Assembly (NCBI GenBank): GCA_030264375.1
Contig: JASCQW010000081.1
Coordinates: 87,027,503-87,091,502 of the forward strand
DNA length: 64,000 nucleotides
Source of the DNA: Carcharhinus longimanus
Lineage: Eukaryota
Reading direction: 5' to 3'
Made by a program: the position numbers and the translations under genes. This document shows, piece by piece, positions 1-12,984 of the stretch (position 1 is the first letter of the stretch; every line of letters starts with the position of its first letter). The notes under the pieces were generated by a model. The model was given only the letters and a program-made list of their open reading frames with translations, was not told the origin of the DNA and made no database searches.

Positions 1-53
1 GCGGTGATCAATAGTTTTTGTTTTAAGATCAACATGCCAATTTTCCACCAGTG

Positions 54-134
54 ATAGTCGTGGCTGAGTGGTGAAGGCGATGGAATAGAAATTCCTTGGC
101 GTTTCCTCACACAGGTTCAAATCTGTCGATTACA
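54..134 (+). pseudogene. tRNA-Ser(AGA) pseudogene
   Basis: ATAGTCGTGGCTGAGTGGTGAAGGCGATGGAATAGAAATTCC...GGTTCAAATCTGTCGATTACA aligns with the copy at 32340; mismatches in anticodon and variable arms, 1-nt deletion in T arm. Confidence 0.85.
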
Positions 135-144
135 TTTCCGCTCT

Positions 145-2202
145 TACTTTTATGTTTCCTATATTTAACCAGGATCAACAAGAGCACTTTGCACTGGCAC
201 AGATTGAGATACCATACCACACGACGCAATGCGTTTGTATTGTGATTCAGAGTTACTGTTCTTCTCAATCTACCCACCTCCCCCCACCCGGCCCCGCCCC
301 CACCTACCACCAAAACTGATTTCCGTTGTGATCGACAACGGAGTCGAGGCTGGTCCGTTTTAAATGCCCTGGTGTACATATGCTAAACGTTGTCAATGTG
401 TTGTCAGTTTAATAAATTGCAGACAGGTAACGTTGTTTAGGGTACGCAACCAAACGTATATCATGATGCCCGCAAATATGCACAACATAAGATTAACGCT
501 GGTTGGTCTTTAATTTCCTCATGGTTAGCTGCTGAAAGTCGCCACTGTACTGGGAAGTTAACGATAAGCAGGCTAGTGCCGCCTGTAAATTGTGTGTTGT
601 CAGGTGCAGATAAACTAAGAATTCAGATTGACCGTAAAATGAATTGCTGCTCCGTGGGACGCACCACCAACCCTTCAAGTAGCAGTCGAACACAATAACC
701 AATCGCACACGTGCTGCTGCATTCTTTCCAGCTGCGGAAATAAAGCATAGATATTTTATAGTTCTTACATGGAGAGTCTGAACTTCTCTGGACCGCGATC
801 ATCCACGTCTCCCAAGCCTTCTACATTCGAGGCATTTATCATATCTTACGATTTTTTACATTCGCATATCCGGGCAGAAATGTTATGCTTGTTTTCATGG
901 TGCTATAGGAATAGTTGTAGTAGCAATTCCTAATTTCACTGGTTGAATCCTCTGGCCTGAAATACGGAAATCAATTTCGGGAAACATGAATATGTACGAT
1001 ACCAAAAATACTGGTCTATGCTTACTGCCTCAGTGAGTTCCCTTTGGAGTTAGTAAATGTCAACGACTGGTGACTGAATATCTGGCTTTTCTGTCGGAAA
1101 AGATCAGCAGTACGAAGCGGGATACTTCCTTGTTAGTATCAGGGTGACCAACCCCAACTGTCATTTGGGTAATGTGGCTGAGTGAAGGTAACCATTTTGC
1201 AATGACGATATATATTCACATTTCCTGTTCAAATGCATAATGGAAAATATTGTAGGGAACAACTTAAGAAAAACACATATTGGTAAAAAGAAACAGCTCG
1301 TCCAAAGAGGTTGCTGAAGCTGAGGGCGAAACGATTTTATTGGATTAGCATCATGGGCTCTAAGCTGTATTCGTGGACGACTGCTTAAGGTGATGGATTA
1401 GAAATCCATTGGGTTCTACCCCGGCAGGTTTGAATCATGTTGGCTGTCTTTTCAATTCAATTCCCCATGTTTGAAATATTTACCCAAGTTCATTTGGACT
1501 TGTTATGCCTTACGCAAAATCATGCGCCAAAACTTTTGCACGCAGTGACTGTACTGATTCCAATGCGGGGTTACTCCTGTTCTTAATCCATTTCTGCTTA
1601 GTGCCTGATTCTCGGAACTTTGTAACAACAGTCGCCAGATTCCTCGGCCTTCAGCTTTCTATAATGTGGAAATGCCGGTGTTGAACTGATATGGACAAGA
1701 TGAGAGTTCACACAACACCGGGTTAGAGTCCAACAGATTTTGTTTTCAAATCTCAGCTGTCGGAGCGCTAGCCTACGTCAGGTGAGGTGGAGAGAGGCGC
1801 GTAGGCGCAGAATACATAGACAGATTGACAATGGCTCTACACGAATAGCTAATCAAGCGTGACAGTGGAAACGGGCAGTGTGGTGCAGTTTAGGCTGGCT
1901 GAATAAAAAATCTTTATAGATAATCATGAGTGCTAATATGTAAATGCAAGCAGTTAAGTATATTCCTGTCTGACGTGTCAACACGATGTAAAACAATTGA
2001 AGTAGTGACCGAAGAACCGATCATTTAAGGCAGGTAAACCATTTCAAATAATCAAAGAGTAGAAGGATGCTAAGCACTATACAGAATACTTCAGGCAGAA
2101 AGATCATCATACGTTATCAAGGTGTGAATGGCGTCAAAACAAAATAGTTAGGAAGATTTGTTCCCCACAGAACTGTGTGGTGTGGTCACATGTAGTGAGA
2201 AC
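145..2202. repeat. Segmental duplication, inverted copy at ~22832-24922
   Basis: e.g. AGGAAGATTTGTTCCCCACAGAACTG (~2150) is reverse-complemented at ~22860-22886; the Ser pseudogene and Penelope relic are mirrored. Confidence 0.85.
1367..1448 (+). pseudogene. tRNA-Ser(AGA) pseudogene
   Basis: GTATTCGTGGACGACTGCTTAAGGTGATGGATTAGAAATCCATTGGG...; anticodon arm kept, A box and acceptor stem degraded. Confidence 0.8.
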
Positions 2203-2320
2203 CCGAGATCTTGACTAAGGTCCTCCTCATGTTTGCGGATCTTGGCTGTCAGTTTCAGCTGGGCAATTCTGCATTGTCGTGCATTTTGAAGGCCGCTTTA
2301 GAGAAAGCCTACCCTATCAG
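1670..2320 (-). mobile_element. Penelope-like element relic (ORF C-terminus plus terminal repeat)
   Basis: Minus strand ~2195-2305 translates L*SGLQNARQCRIAQLKLTAKIRKHEEDLSQDLGF, resembling the C-terminus of Penelope GIY-YIG ORFs; degenerate hammerhead-like terminus near 1755-1790. Confidence 0.65.
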
Positions 2321-2412
2321 TCCTTAGATCATTGTGTGGTGTGACCTCTCATTTAGTTTACTAGTGCAGTTCCCACGCTCGGAATTTAAACATTTGCCAG
2401 CAGTACCACGGA

Positions 2413-2422
2413 NNNNNNNNNN
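2413..2422. other. Assembly gap (10 N)
   Basis: Run of N. Confidence 1.
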
Positions 2423-4158
2423 TTAGACGAAATGACAAGGTGCCAGAAAGTGCAACTACACTGAAAATCTGATACAAATTGTTGGAAATCCGACAAAACT
2501 TCGGCAACTGGCTGTATTTAAGATGTGTGCTCCTTCTCAAAATACTTTTGCACAACAGGAACATAGTCATAACTGTGTACGTCTGTCTGTGGGAACATTG
2601 ACTCTGTAGTGAGAATGCAGCAAGATGCTAACTGATTAATTTCTGCCTGTTAGCAGCATATCTGATTCACAGCTCAAATATGTTTGACAACCTTGCAATA
2701 CTTACATAAAATTGATAAACGAATCCGAAATTGACACTAACTAATCTCTTGAACAACACGAATGAAACTTTTTGACATATTAATTATTTATTTATTTTCT
2801 ACTTATTTCAATTCGTTTTCTACTTACTGTATGTTAAATTTGAGGCACTAGCAAACAAAGAACCTTCGGCATGATGGGAGGAAAGGATCTGTATGTGCTT
2901 GTGTATGGCACAAAATTCAATATATTCTGTCCAAACAGTAAATATATGTAGATTCCTGGAAATCTGAGGACGGTGCATGTATCAGCTTTCTTTAATTCAA
3001 AGCAAAGTTGACTCCCATAATTTGGACAAAAAAAATTTTCCCGTTCAAATATATTTGATAATCTTCACTCTTTCACGTGTCCTGCTATAACATGTGTAAA
3101 TAATGATCGGTAACATATTCCCCTTGCAGACTTCAGGCTAACTAACCAGTTGTTTCCTGCTTTGCGTTTCCTCCCCATTTTATTGAATTTGAGAGCTGGA
3201 TGCTACGGATGACATGGCGGGTGGCGATGATTTTAATTTCTGTTAAAGTCAGACAAGTCCTAATCTGATTCGTTCATGGAAAGGAATGCTGAATGTTTGT
3301 GCCAGCAGATATTTTCGATAGCTGAGAATTCGTGCAATTTGCGCATCTTTCCAAAACTGCTGCACGGAATTCAGTGTACCTGAAGGGTTTCTGATTATTG
3401 TTCAGGTTTCAGCCGTCCTCGGCATTTCATTAGGTTGTGCAAGTGACGCTTGCGAACATCTGACTATGTCTTTCGAGGCGGAGGGGGTAGGAGTTGGAGC
3501 TGGGGGGGTGCGGCTGGGACGAGGGGGGCGGTCTGCGTGAGGTGAGGTGTGAATCGGAATCGATCCCACGACACTTGACTAATCGCACTAATATCGTCGG
3601 CATCTATCAACTATAGACTATCTGCCGAGAGAGGAAGACAACTCACTTTGTAAAGCATTTGTCCCTCCACTCAAGTCTACGCCTTGAAGAAAGCAGGCGA
3701 TGAATTGGAAAAACCTGCCATGTTTAAAATGCAGCAACAATAGATCATGTTGGAAGCACTGAACAGTTCTGGACGGATATATGATGAGGTAGAAACTGAA
3801 GTTCCATCTGAACGGATCATTAGTCCGATAGATTATCTCTGAACGCTGAAACTATTCTCTCCGACAAACTGCCGAGAAAAAGAGAGCGATCCTTCAGTTG
3901 CAGGGCTGTTTGGATTTATGGGTTTACCCGGCTAGGCGCGGCGACAAGATATGTGTGGCGCCTTGATCGTGAATTTACATCAGAAAGGGCCGTTAGTGAG
4001 ACTTCTTTTAACTCAGCAGACAAGTGTTTGAAAGGGGGAAAAAAAACTAATTATCTTCGATAATCATGCCGAAATGCAAAGTCCTCTCTTTTAGTTGCAG
4101 TGATGTGTGGCAATATATGACTTCTCGGGCGCGTTCCATCGCATTAAGCCGTTTGTAA

Positions 4159-4230
4159 CGCGTGACTGTATAGTGATTATTACTCTGCGTTGTGCTCGTA
4201 GCTACCACGGTGCGGATCCACATCCCAGCA
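4159..4230 (+). pseudogene. tRNA-His(GTG) pseudogene
   Basis: CGCGTGACTGTATAGTGATTATTACTCTGCGTTGTGCTCGTAGC...; paralog of 26733; stems broken. Confidence 0.75.
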
Positions 4231-5699
4231 GATTCCCACTCTGCTCATCATGCTCAAGCAACGAAGAGAAGTAATTTCTAAGGAGAATCATTTTTAACGG
4301 CAAAAGGTTTATTCAGTCACACATACAATGCTTCCAGATTATGTAGCCGATATTCCGGAATTCAAAAACACATCTTCGCACAGGTACTTGCCCTTTCACA
4401 ATCACTAATCTCCTTTAATTAATTCCTTCCATTCCATCCTACTTTCCAGGACATTGCACCATCTCACACTTCTACTTCCTGCAAGCACAGTGAAGAATGA
4501 AGTGTTAGGCGGGAATCGTTTGCGGGTGGAGACATATTTTCGTGGTCAGGCGCTCAGTCACATGTATAATCCTTTCATATCTAGCACCTTTACGTGTCTA
4601 TGGTGTTCCTCAATTCGACCGCACCTCTTCTCCATGATCCCCCCTTTCGCAAGCACATAATTTCTTTACTTCGCTCCTTTCATTCCATTTCAACATTCCT
4701 GTGACATTGCATCATTTCATACTTTCCCGAACACCGTGGAGTTTGGTTCTTCCCATCGCTATTTCTGAGCTGGGGGCACATCCACACCGATCTAGATTTG
4801 TGCCTTGAAAGAACTGGATGAGGCACATTTTGATATTTGTGAATCCGTGCGGCCAGAATTCTGGAAGCGCCTTTAGGCGCGATGGCGAACATACCATTTC
4901 ACTGAAAACGTACTAATGTGGGCAATGCTTATTGCCGTAGAAGTAGAAAGCATCCCAAACACGTTTTGGGAACATCTGCGAAGGGCAAACGAGCTACCAT
5001 AATGAATCTAATCTTCCCAGAAACTCGTTGTTTTAATTTTTGATTTCCACCGTCCGCTTAATGTTGTGATTATTATAACGCAAATTGAATAAATTGTCTT
5101 AGATTTGTAAGTAAGTTGCGTTTAGCAATCAGAAGTTGCCACTTGGGTTCCTGAGAGATTGGCTGATATCTGGAAGGTGAAATGATCGAACCTGCTGCAA
5201 GCTCATCTTATCTGTTGAAATGTTCGAGTGAAATTAAGGGCAGGCAAATGAAAAATTAACTAAAGTGACGAATAATGAGAGATTTTGAAGAGGTTTCGCG
5301 TCCTGAGGAAAGCTTTCAAAATGAAGATGGCGCAGTGCTTTGGTTTTCGAAAGAGAAATATTCAAGTGGGTATGTGAACGTGTATGGAAAGCTCTTGTGG
5401 AGAAAAAAAAAAGCTCTAGATACGGAACGAAGCCGTTCGGCGTGAGGCTTCTTGTAATGCAAACAGCAAATACTGGAAACATCCAGCAGATCAGTCACCA
5501 ACTTTCATTCACCTCCCAGAAAGTATTGTTTGTCTGAACGACTCAATTCCCGACAGCACATTCATCACTTCCCTCAGTTTGCCGCATAACTTTTCTCATT
5601 GGTCAGAACTAATCACATTTTTTAGATGTGATATAGACAACGTATATTTGCGTACTGCTGATGCAAATAGGCAACGCCTCATTGAATGGCATCTGGAAA

Positions 5700-5920
5700 T
5701 CTAAGTACGTGCATCCAGCAGTTTCCCTGAATCCACAGCAAATGTGACACAAATAAGTTGCTCAAACATAATTTGTCTTTCACAAAACCTCGTCGATTTT
5801 GCCTAATATCCTTGAACGTTTCCAAGCGCCCTGCGAGAATATCTTTAAAAACACATCTTGCAGCGGTCATGCTTATTGGCCTGTTGTTTCTTGCTATCTG
5901 TCTCCCTCCATTTTGCAAAC
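5700..5920 (-). mobile_element. Old CR1 LINE reverse-transcriptase fragment
   Basis: ORF 5679..5918 contains RNNRPISMT...RGFVKDKLCLSNL, degenerate form of GNYRPVSLTS...HGFVKGKSCLTNL. Confidence 0.75.
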
Positions 5921-6691
5921 CAGTCTTGAAACTGAGAGTCAGATACTATTAACAACAAGGCGATTAGCGAAAAGATTTTATTTTTTGTTCAAATCAGAGA
6001 CAAGTCCTGGCCTGATTCGTTATTGAAAACTAATAACTAATAGTTGTGACTGCGTTCGCTGCAGTAACACTATTAACGCTAAGCAACTATCAATGTCATA
6101 CTCCTGAAAACGTGATCTGTTCGCCTTTCGAAAATTGCTGCCAAATATCGTTCCTACTTCAGCAGTTTCTGTTCTTATTTCAGATTTCGAACACCTGTGT
6201 TTTTTTTTAAGATTAGAAAATGAACCTGGAATATATATTTAGATTTGTTTTTTGGCGGGTTGGAATCCAACTCAGACTCAAGGCTCTGAACACGCTCATT
6301 AATAACTTGAGGATAAATCAAAGGCAGAATTATTTGCGCCAAAAAGGTAACCGATTGTTAAATGTATGTATCCCTCCAGTCAAACATATCAATTGAGGTT
6401 GGCAGGCGATGCAGAGAAAACTTCCCCAATGTATAAAATGCACGAACAACAGGGTATGCTGGAAGTACTGGATAATGCTGGACGCTTCTGCGGACAATTG
6501 TTAAAAATGATCTTCCTTCTGATCTGGTCATTAGTCAATCAGGATTTCAGTCAGAAGGCATCGGCGGGAAAACAGAAGTGATTCTTCTGCAACAGCCCGG
6601 CCGAGAGGATGTTCGTTCTCGTTTTGTTGTGGGACTGGTTGCACCTACATTATTTCTCGTGCAGGAGCAATCGCCTTAAGCCATCTATGGT

Positions 6692-6764
6692 GCCGAGATT
6701 CTTCAGCAACTCAGTGGTCTGCGTTGTGGCCGCAGCTACCTCGTTGCGAATCTGAGTCACGGTA
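6692..6764 (+). pseudogene. tRNA-His(GTG) pseudogene
   Basis: CTGCGTTGTGGCCGCAG anticodon arm intact; D arm and B box degraded. Confidence 0.8.
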
Positions 6765-6949
6765 ATGATTGTTTTGAATATTTCGTTTTTATGCGCCTCA
6801 ACCTCATTCACCGTAGAGAAGGAATAATTCGAAGACTTGCATCATTTTTTGGACCACAAAGCGTTCAGTCAGTTGACTAAATAATATGCTCTTGCATGCC
6901 ACTGATGCTCCGGAATTCAGAAACGCATCTCCTTGATTTTTTTTCGTTT

Positions 6950-7030
6950 CACACGTATCTTGCTGGGTTTCCTCCAGATGCTCTGGTTACCTCCCAGAAT
7001 TCGAAAGATATGCTGGTTAGGTGCATTTTC
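6950..7030 (+). mobile_element. V-SINE core fragment
   Basis: GGGTTTCCTCCAGATGCTCTGGTTACCTCCCAGAATTCGAAAGATATGCTGGTTAGG resembles the core of the SINE at 44523. Confidence 0.65.
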
Positions 7031-8239
7031 TGTGACTATTTCTCCGCAGTGTCCTCGAACAGGTGCGTGAGTTCGACGACTAGAGCGTTTTCACAGTAAC
7101 ATAATTGTACTGTTAATGTAAGTCTACTTGTGACATTAAAATATAAACTTGTTTGCCTTTCCTTCGCTCGTTCCATTCCACCCTCACTATCCTGTAATAT
7201 CTCATCGTGTCCTGCCAACGTAGAGTTTGTTGGCTATTATCCCTGTACCTGGGATTACATTGGGCCATGCTGCACCGATGTAGATCTGTGCTTTGAATCT
7301 ATTGAAAGATGAATTTCTCGATCTTTGTTACTCCACGTGGCCAAAATTCTGCAAGTGTTTCGACGCGATGGTTATCCCACCACATTTACTATCACTAATC
7401 TCCTTCGCCTGGCTACTTCCATTTTATCATCGCTTTTCATTAAAATTACATAATTTCACACTCTGTCTAATACTGCAGAGTTGATGGCTACCATCTCTAT
7501 TTCTGGGTTCGCACAGAGATCCTCTCTGCTTTGAAACTATTGGAAGAGAAACAACTTGATCTTTCCCATTCCTGAGAGCCAAAATTCTGGAAGCGCCTCG
7601 ATGCAATGTTGATGACGATTTTTTTTACCGGCGAACAGTAATGCAGTCAAAACCAACTGACGTAAAGTTTGAACATCCTGCAACAACGTTCCAGATCTAG
7701 CAACTTTTGTGGAGAGCGAAACCGAGCCGTCGTTTCGAGTGTAATGTTTCCAGGAACCTTGGGTTTTCATTTCAGATTTCTAACATACTCATAATTTTGC
7801 ACCCTGGCAAAGCTGAGTCAGCAATTGGATTGTTGAAACAATAATTGAACCCCTCAAATACATTGATATCAGTTGCTAAATGCTCAGTCCCCAGCGCTAG
7901 TGTCCATGGTACACGGCTGGTCATGAGCTGCCAACCGAAAAAAAGGACTATCCAAAAATCTGTTTTAAAAAAATAAAAAATAAAAAAGTGCTTCTGAATG
8001 TATCGGCACTTAGAAAGGCGCTTGATGGTCGGCGCGGACAGAATGATGCGCAGAGTTGAAGACTGGTCTGGACTGGAAAAGTTGAGCTATGTTCGAACTC
8101 CACAGAGCATGGCAGACCTGCACTATATACAAGCTTTTTCTGTTTTTGTTGTGTTCGAGAGTGATGTGTTTCAGTTGCAGTCCTGATTGAATGTGTGACT
8201 TGAAACGGGCAAGCCTTTAGGCTGCAGTACGTCTGTGAT

Positions 8240-8297
8240 ACCGTGACCTCATAGCGACTAATATTTTCTGTAACACCTCCGATTCCGGCTTAATGCA
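8240..8297 (+). pseudogene. Deleted tRNA-His relic
   Basis: ACCGTGACCTCATAGCGACTAATATT..., same position in the duplicated block as the 20597 relic; anticodon arm deleted. Confidence 0.5.
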
Positions 8298-8869
8298 TTA
8301 CTTTTTTCTTCCAAAAATATACGCTGCCTGCGGCGCATGCTCAACAGCACAGAAAATAAGTCGCAGAGTAGATCTTGCTCGGCAAGAGACATGGCTTGAT
8401 GGCAAAACCCATTCAAACTCTTTTGCACTGTCTCCAGCAAAGTCAGCGTTCACCTTCCCAAGTGAAAATAAAGTTTTCTTTTTCCACATTGTTTCTTATA
8501 TTAGCATCTAGACGGCGTGGAAAAATAACTTTGACGGGTTTCAGGCTGGCAATTGCAATGCCATTTTGCACATTTTACATATTTGTTCGTTATCATTATA
8601 ATAAATGATTTGCAAAGTTAATTCTCCAAAACATTTGGCACAGAACACGGATGGAGAAGCATAATGCCATGATCACAATTGAAATCTTTGATGCTGATAT
8701 AGATATGCTGATGTGAACTTACAGCAGGACCCGAGTGGATGGTTTCAAGTTTTTAAATTGTTTGATTACAAAGAGCCGAATTGCATGCAGTGGGTCAGCC
8801 GGCCTCTCGACATCGCTCTGAATTTCACGGAGGCCATGGCTGATATGATTGTAACTTCAACTCCACATT

Positions 8870-9600
8870 TCAGGCTATCCTTGATAGCATTTCACTCCGA
8901 CCTTTATCAAGAATTTTGTTAGCTCTACATTTGACATATTCAAAAGCTTCTTCCACTGTTTCATGAGGAATTGAATTCCAGAGACTAAAGATTCTCTGAG
9001 GGACAGAAATTCTCCTCGCCTCCTATTAAACGATCGATCCCACATTTTCAAAAGGCGAAACCTCGTTCTGGATTGTCCAACAAAAGGAGTCATCCTCGTC
9101 ACGCCCAGCCTGTGATTACGCCTCAGGATCTAGACCGTTTTGAACAAGATCACTCCTAACCTTCGAAACGCAACTCGATTTAACTCGAAACTCGCCAACT
9201 TCCCTTTCGAAAACACAAATCATTTCCTAGAATTAGTCTAGAAAATCTTCACTGATTTATCTCTAACGAATGTACATATGTTTTGAAATTAAGAGACCAA
9301 TGCTGCATACAATAATCTACACATGGGCCTTTTGAAACTGAGGCGTTACGTCCCTACATTTGTAACCATTTTTGCTTGGAACGAGCGACAACGCGTCATT
9401 CACTTCACAATTATTTGCCGTATCTGGATACTAGCGTGTTGTGATTCATGCACTAGGACCCTCAGATCAGTCTACAACTCGCAATTTTGCATGCTGTTGT
9501 CATTTTGATTGCAATCCCTTTTTTTTCCTGCCACAGCGGACGATTGCACATTTGCGCACATTACAATTCATTTGTCAGATATTTGCATGATCATACCATC
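8870..9600 (-). mobile_element. Old CR1 LINE 3' fragment (paralog ~21250-21990)
   Basis: Reverse complement includes AGAGAATCTTTAGTCTCTGGAATTCAATTCC (..SLWNS.. CR1 ORF2 end); colinear with the younger CR1 at 16746. Confidence 0.7.
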
Positions 9601-10425
9601 TTTTACAACCTTACTTTCTCTTCACGCTTTAATTTCCTACACATCGTTGGTTCGTGAGCAAATGTAGGAAGCACAGCTTCAATCGATTCATCCAAGTCAT
9701 GTATGTAAATTTCAAGACTTTGAGACCTCAATTGTTGATTCCTGTGCCATAACACCGGTCACTTACTGCCAACCATTTATAATATTGCTTTTTGTTAACT
9801 GGCCAAACTTCAATCCAAGCCAGTGCGTACCCGCTACGCCAGGAGTTTGTATTCAGCAAATTCAACCATCAAATGACTTCTAGAAATCGAAGGAGCGTGC
9901 ATCCACATTGGCTAATTCAAAACCAATGTGACTCCCAACTATTGGACAACCAAATTTTCCCCATTATACAAGACCTGAAAGACTTGAAATGCTCCACGTG
10001 CCCCGCTATAACATATCTCAATAATGACTGCAAATATATTCCCTTGGCAGACCTTAGGCTAAGTAACCAGTTGTTTCCTGCTTTCTGCCTTCCTCCCTTT
10101 TTATTAAATTTGAAACAAAACTTGAGAGAAAGGGAGAGAAAATTGGACGTTATGGATCATATGGCAATTGGTGATAATTTTAATTTCTCTTAAAGTTAGA
10201 GACAAGTCCGAAGCTGATTCCTGGATGAAAAGGAAAACTTAATGTTTGTACCGGCAGCAAAATTCGTTTCCTGAGAATTCGTGAAATCTTTTCAATTTTC
10301 TAAATCTCCTGCAAGAAATTCTGTGTATCTCACCAGTTTCTGTTTATCGTTCAAGTCTCCAACGCCCGTGGTTTTTGGGCAGTTTGTGTAACTGAAGTTT
10401 CAGGATATCTGATTATGTCTTTCCA

Positions 10426-10525
10426 NNNNNNNNNNNNNNNNNNNNNNNNNNNNNNNNNNNNNNNNNNNNNNNNNNNNNNNNNNNNNNNNNNNNNNNNNNN
10501 NNNNNNNNNNNNNNNNNNNNNNNNN
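10426..10525. other. Assembly gap (100 N)
   Basis: Run of N. Confidence 1.
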
Positions 10526-11028
10526 CTCTATCAGCATCTCCAACAATTCACCCGGAATTGTTTGAGAGCCTGCAGCAAACCCTCCTTCAACTTGACAATT
10601 ATTCCAGTGAATTTCGTCTCTCCTGAGGGCGGTGTTTCCTAACACAGGATGTGGGAGCACAGAGCACGATTTGACAAAGCTTTGCCAAAGATTGGGAGTA
10701 GGGTGGAGAAAGTGGCAACTGAGCGGCAGAGGGAACAGAATCACCAGCTTGTGAATGTTGAGAAGTAATTTGCGAAATGAGATGAGAGATAATGAAGGGG
10801 GCTGTGACTCGCTGAGAAAGAGTCAAATCACCTGTCCTTCGTTCGCCGTGTCTCAAGATTCAAATGGGAAGGAATTGGTGAAATGAAGCGGTATTTTGGG
10901 GGTTGAAAATGCATCCCTTGCTGCCGATGAGGATTGAAAGGTCGTAAAGTGCTCAGGGCAATTTCGATTTTCAGAGACGCGATAATATTTTTATTTCAGT
11001 GATTTCCTGAAAAGTGAGTTAATTTGTT

Positions 11029-11102
11029 GTCTCTGTGGCGCAATCGGTTACCGCGATCGGAGACTAACTAAAAGGCCGGTGGATCGATCCCACCAAGTAA
11101 CA
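11029..11102 (+). pseudogene. tRNA-Asn pseudogene
   Basis: GTCTCTGTGGCGCAATCGGTTACCGCG...GGTGGATCGATCCCACC; anticodon loop and acceptor 3' strand mutated. Confidence 0.85.
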
Positions 11103-11769
11103 GTGAGCGATCCACTTTTGCTCCTTTCATGATTACTTTCACACTGCATTCTGCCCTTTGATGCCGACAAAAAGGGGGAAAGGATCCAGCGCTCATGTTG
11201 ATAAATCAGTTTCTATTTCAGCAGTGCATCGATCTCATTTCACGGAAAATGTATCTATATGCACACGTTATGAATGCTGCATTTCAAAAAAGAATCATTC
11301 GCTCAGTGACCAGGATTTTAGACGTTGGAATAAATGTTCTAAAGAGGTGAATTAAAACTTAATTCACTAAACGCTCTCATGCAGATTCAGCAAATTATTA
11401 GAGAAGTTGATGGAATGTTCGCCTTTCTAGAAGGAGGACATCAGTGTAATGCAGTCATGAATCAAATTGTCGAAATTTGGAAAGACTGCACGTTGTGTAC
11501 AGTGCGCTGCTTTGTTCCCTTCACTATAGAAAGGTCATAAGTGCCTCCGCGGAGTAGAATTGAAGGTGAGCAGACGTAGTTGGGATTGCGGGTCATATGC
11601 AAGTTTCCTCTACATATATAAAGAAGGAAATTCTGACACTGCACAGAGCAGTCAGACAGTTGACATGGCCGGCATCCGGAATAACATTCTTGTCTGAGGA
11701 GAAACGCGTAGATTCCAGCTCAGAAGACAGGTGCTATTACAAATCTGATAAGTTGCATCATCGAAGGTC

Positions 11770-11841
11770 GACGTGATCGTGTAATGGTTAGTGTTATGCG
11801 TTGCCCCCGTAGCAACCTCAGTTCGATTCGGATTTAAGGCC
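11770..11841 (+). pseudogene. tRNA-His pseudogene
   Basis: GACGTGATCGTGTAATGGTTAGTGTTATGCGTTGCCCCCGTAGCAACCTCAGTTCG; loop mutated, T stem broken. Confidence 0.8.
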
Positions 11842-12484
11842 ATCAGTGTTTTAAAGTGTCATTATCAAAACGAAGCAGTGAGAAAATGAGTATTCACGCC
11901 TGGAAATACACTTTCATCAATTAAATTTCCTCTCTAACACTGCGATGTATTTTCTAAGCAATACAGGCACCTGTCCCACTTTCCCCCTTTCCCAGTCTCC
12001 CGTGACATCTTTGTGCAGTACCTGGCCATGCATTTCATTAAGACAGATGTCTGGTAGCGTCACTAGTACATATTTGCCATGCTTTGCGCGTTCTTCATAT
12101 TTGCACTCGAGAGTCGTTCAGGAGTTTAAAAACCAGAAGATGCGTTCTAAATTTTGTAGCCTGGAAATAAACACATTGGGAAAGAAAATATAAGAATGGC
12201 TGGAAATACACAGACGCCCACAACCACCAAAATGAAAGGTAAACATTGTGAGTGATAAAGGGCAGGTTAGTCTAATGGCAGCCAAATAACGGAACATCAA
12301 TTAATATCTGAGCCGGAAATTTAGCTCATTTCATTGATATTCATTTTAATTCTTCATTGTCATTAGAGTCTCGCATCCGGCAGAGACAAACAAATATAAC
12401 GTGGAGCAGAGTATATTTGTCTTCACCCTTGAATGGTTAGTACACGAGGAAAGACATAAATAAATCGATACTGCGAATGCATTT

Positions 12485-12556
12485 AGGCACGAACGGGAGT
12501 CGAACCCGTGATTGTTGGTTTACGAGACCAACGCCTTGCCACTTGGCCATCGCGCC
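12485..12556 (-). tRNA. tRNA-Thr(CGT), structurally intact
   Basis: GGCGCGA-TG-GCC AAGTGGCAA GGC-G-TTGGT CTCGTAA ACCAA-CAATC-ACGGG TTCGACT CCCGT-TCGTGCC-T; all stems pair; A and B boxes present. Confidence 0.93.
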
Positions 12557-12984
12557 CACGCTACTTATAGAATCGCGATCCTCTAAAACCGAGTATTCTA
12601 AACAGATTGCGATAACTCGAAAATCGGTCTTGCTCCAATTATCCCAGACTTTAATGAGAAAATAGAAAGTCGCAATTATTAAGTCTTTATCGGTGGAACA
12701 AAATATTTGCTTCTGTACTGCTAATAGCTCACATGACATGACTTAAACGATAAAAAGGACAATTCAATAAGAAGTGTGAATAAAACGGGCTTTTTGTTAA
12801 TGGAGGTTGGAAAAAAAAAGGACATCCGGAGAAATGTTTATTCAGTTGTCTATATGTTTTAAACACACACACACATATGTATTGCACTTTCACATGCATA
12901 TATTCAAACATATCAGCCAGAAGGATTTCAGCGGTGAAAGGGTGAGTATATTTCAGTCTGAGAGCGACAGACTTGATTTGACCA

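Larger units (their letters stand above)
7378..10351. repeat. Segmental duplication, direct copy at ~19728-22731; more diverged partial copy at ~61620-62860
   Basis: Colinear high similarity over ~3 kb, including a His relic and an old CR1 fragment. Confidence 0.9.
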
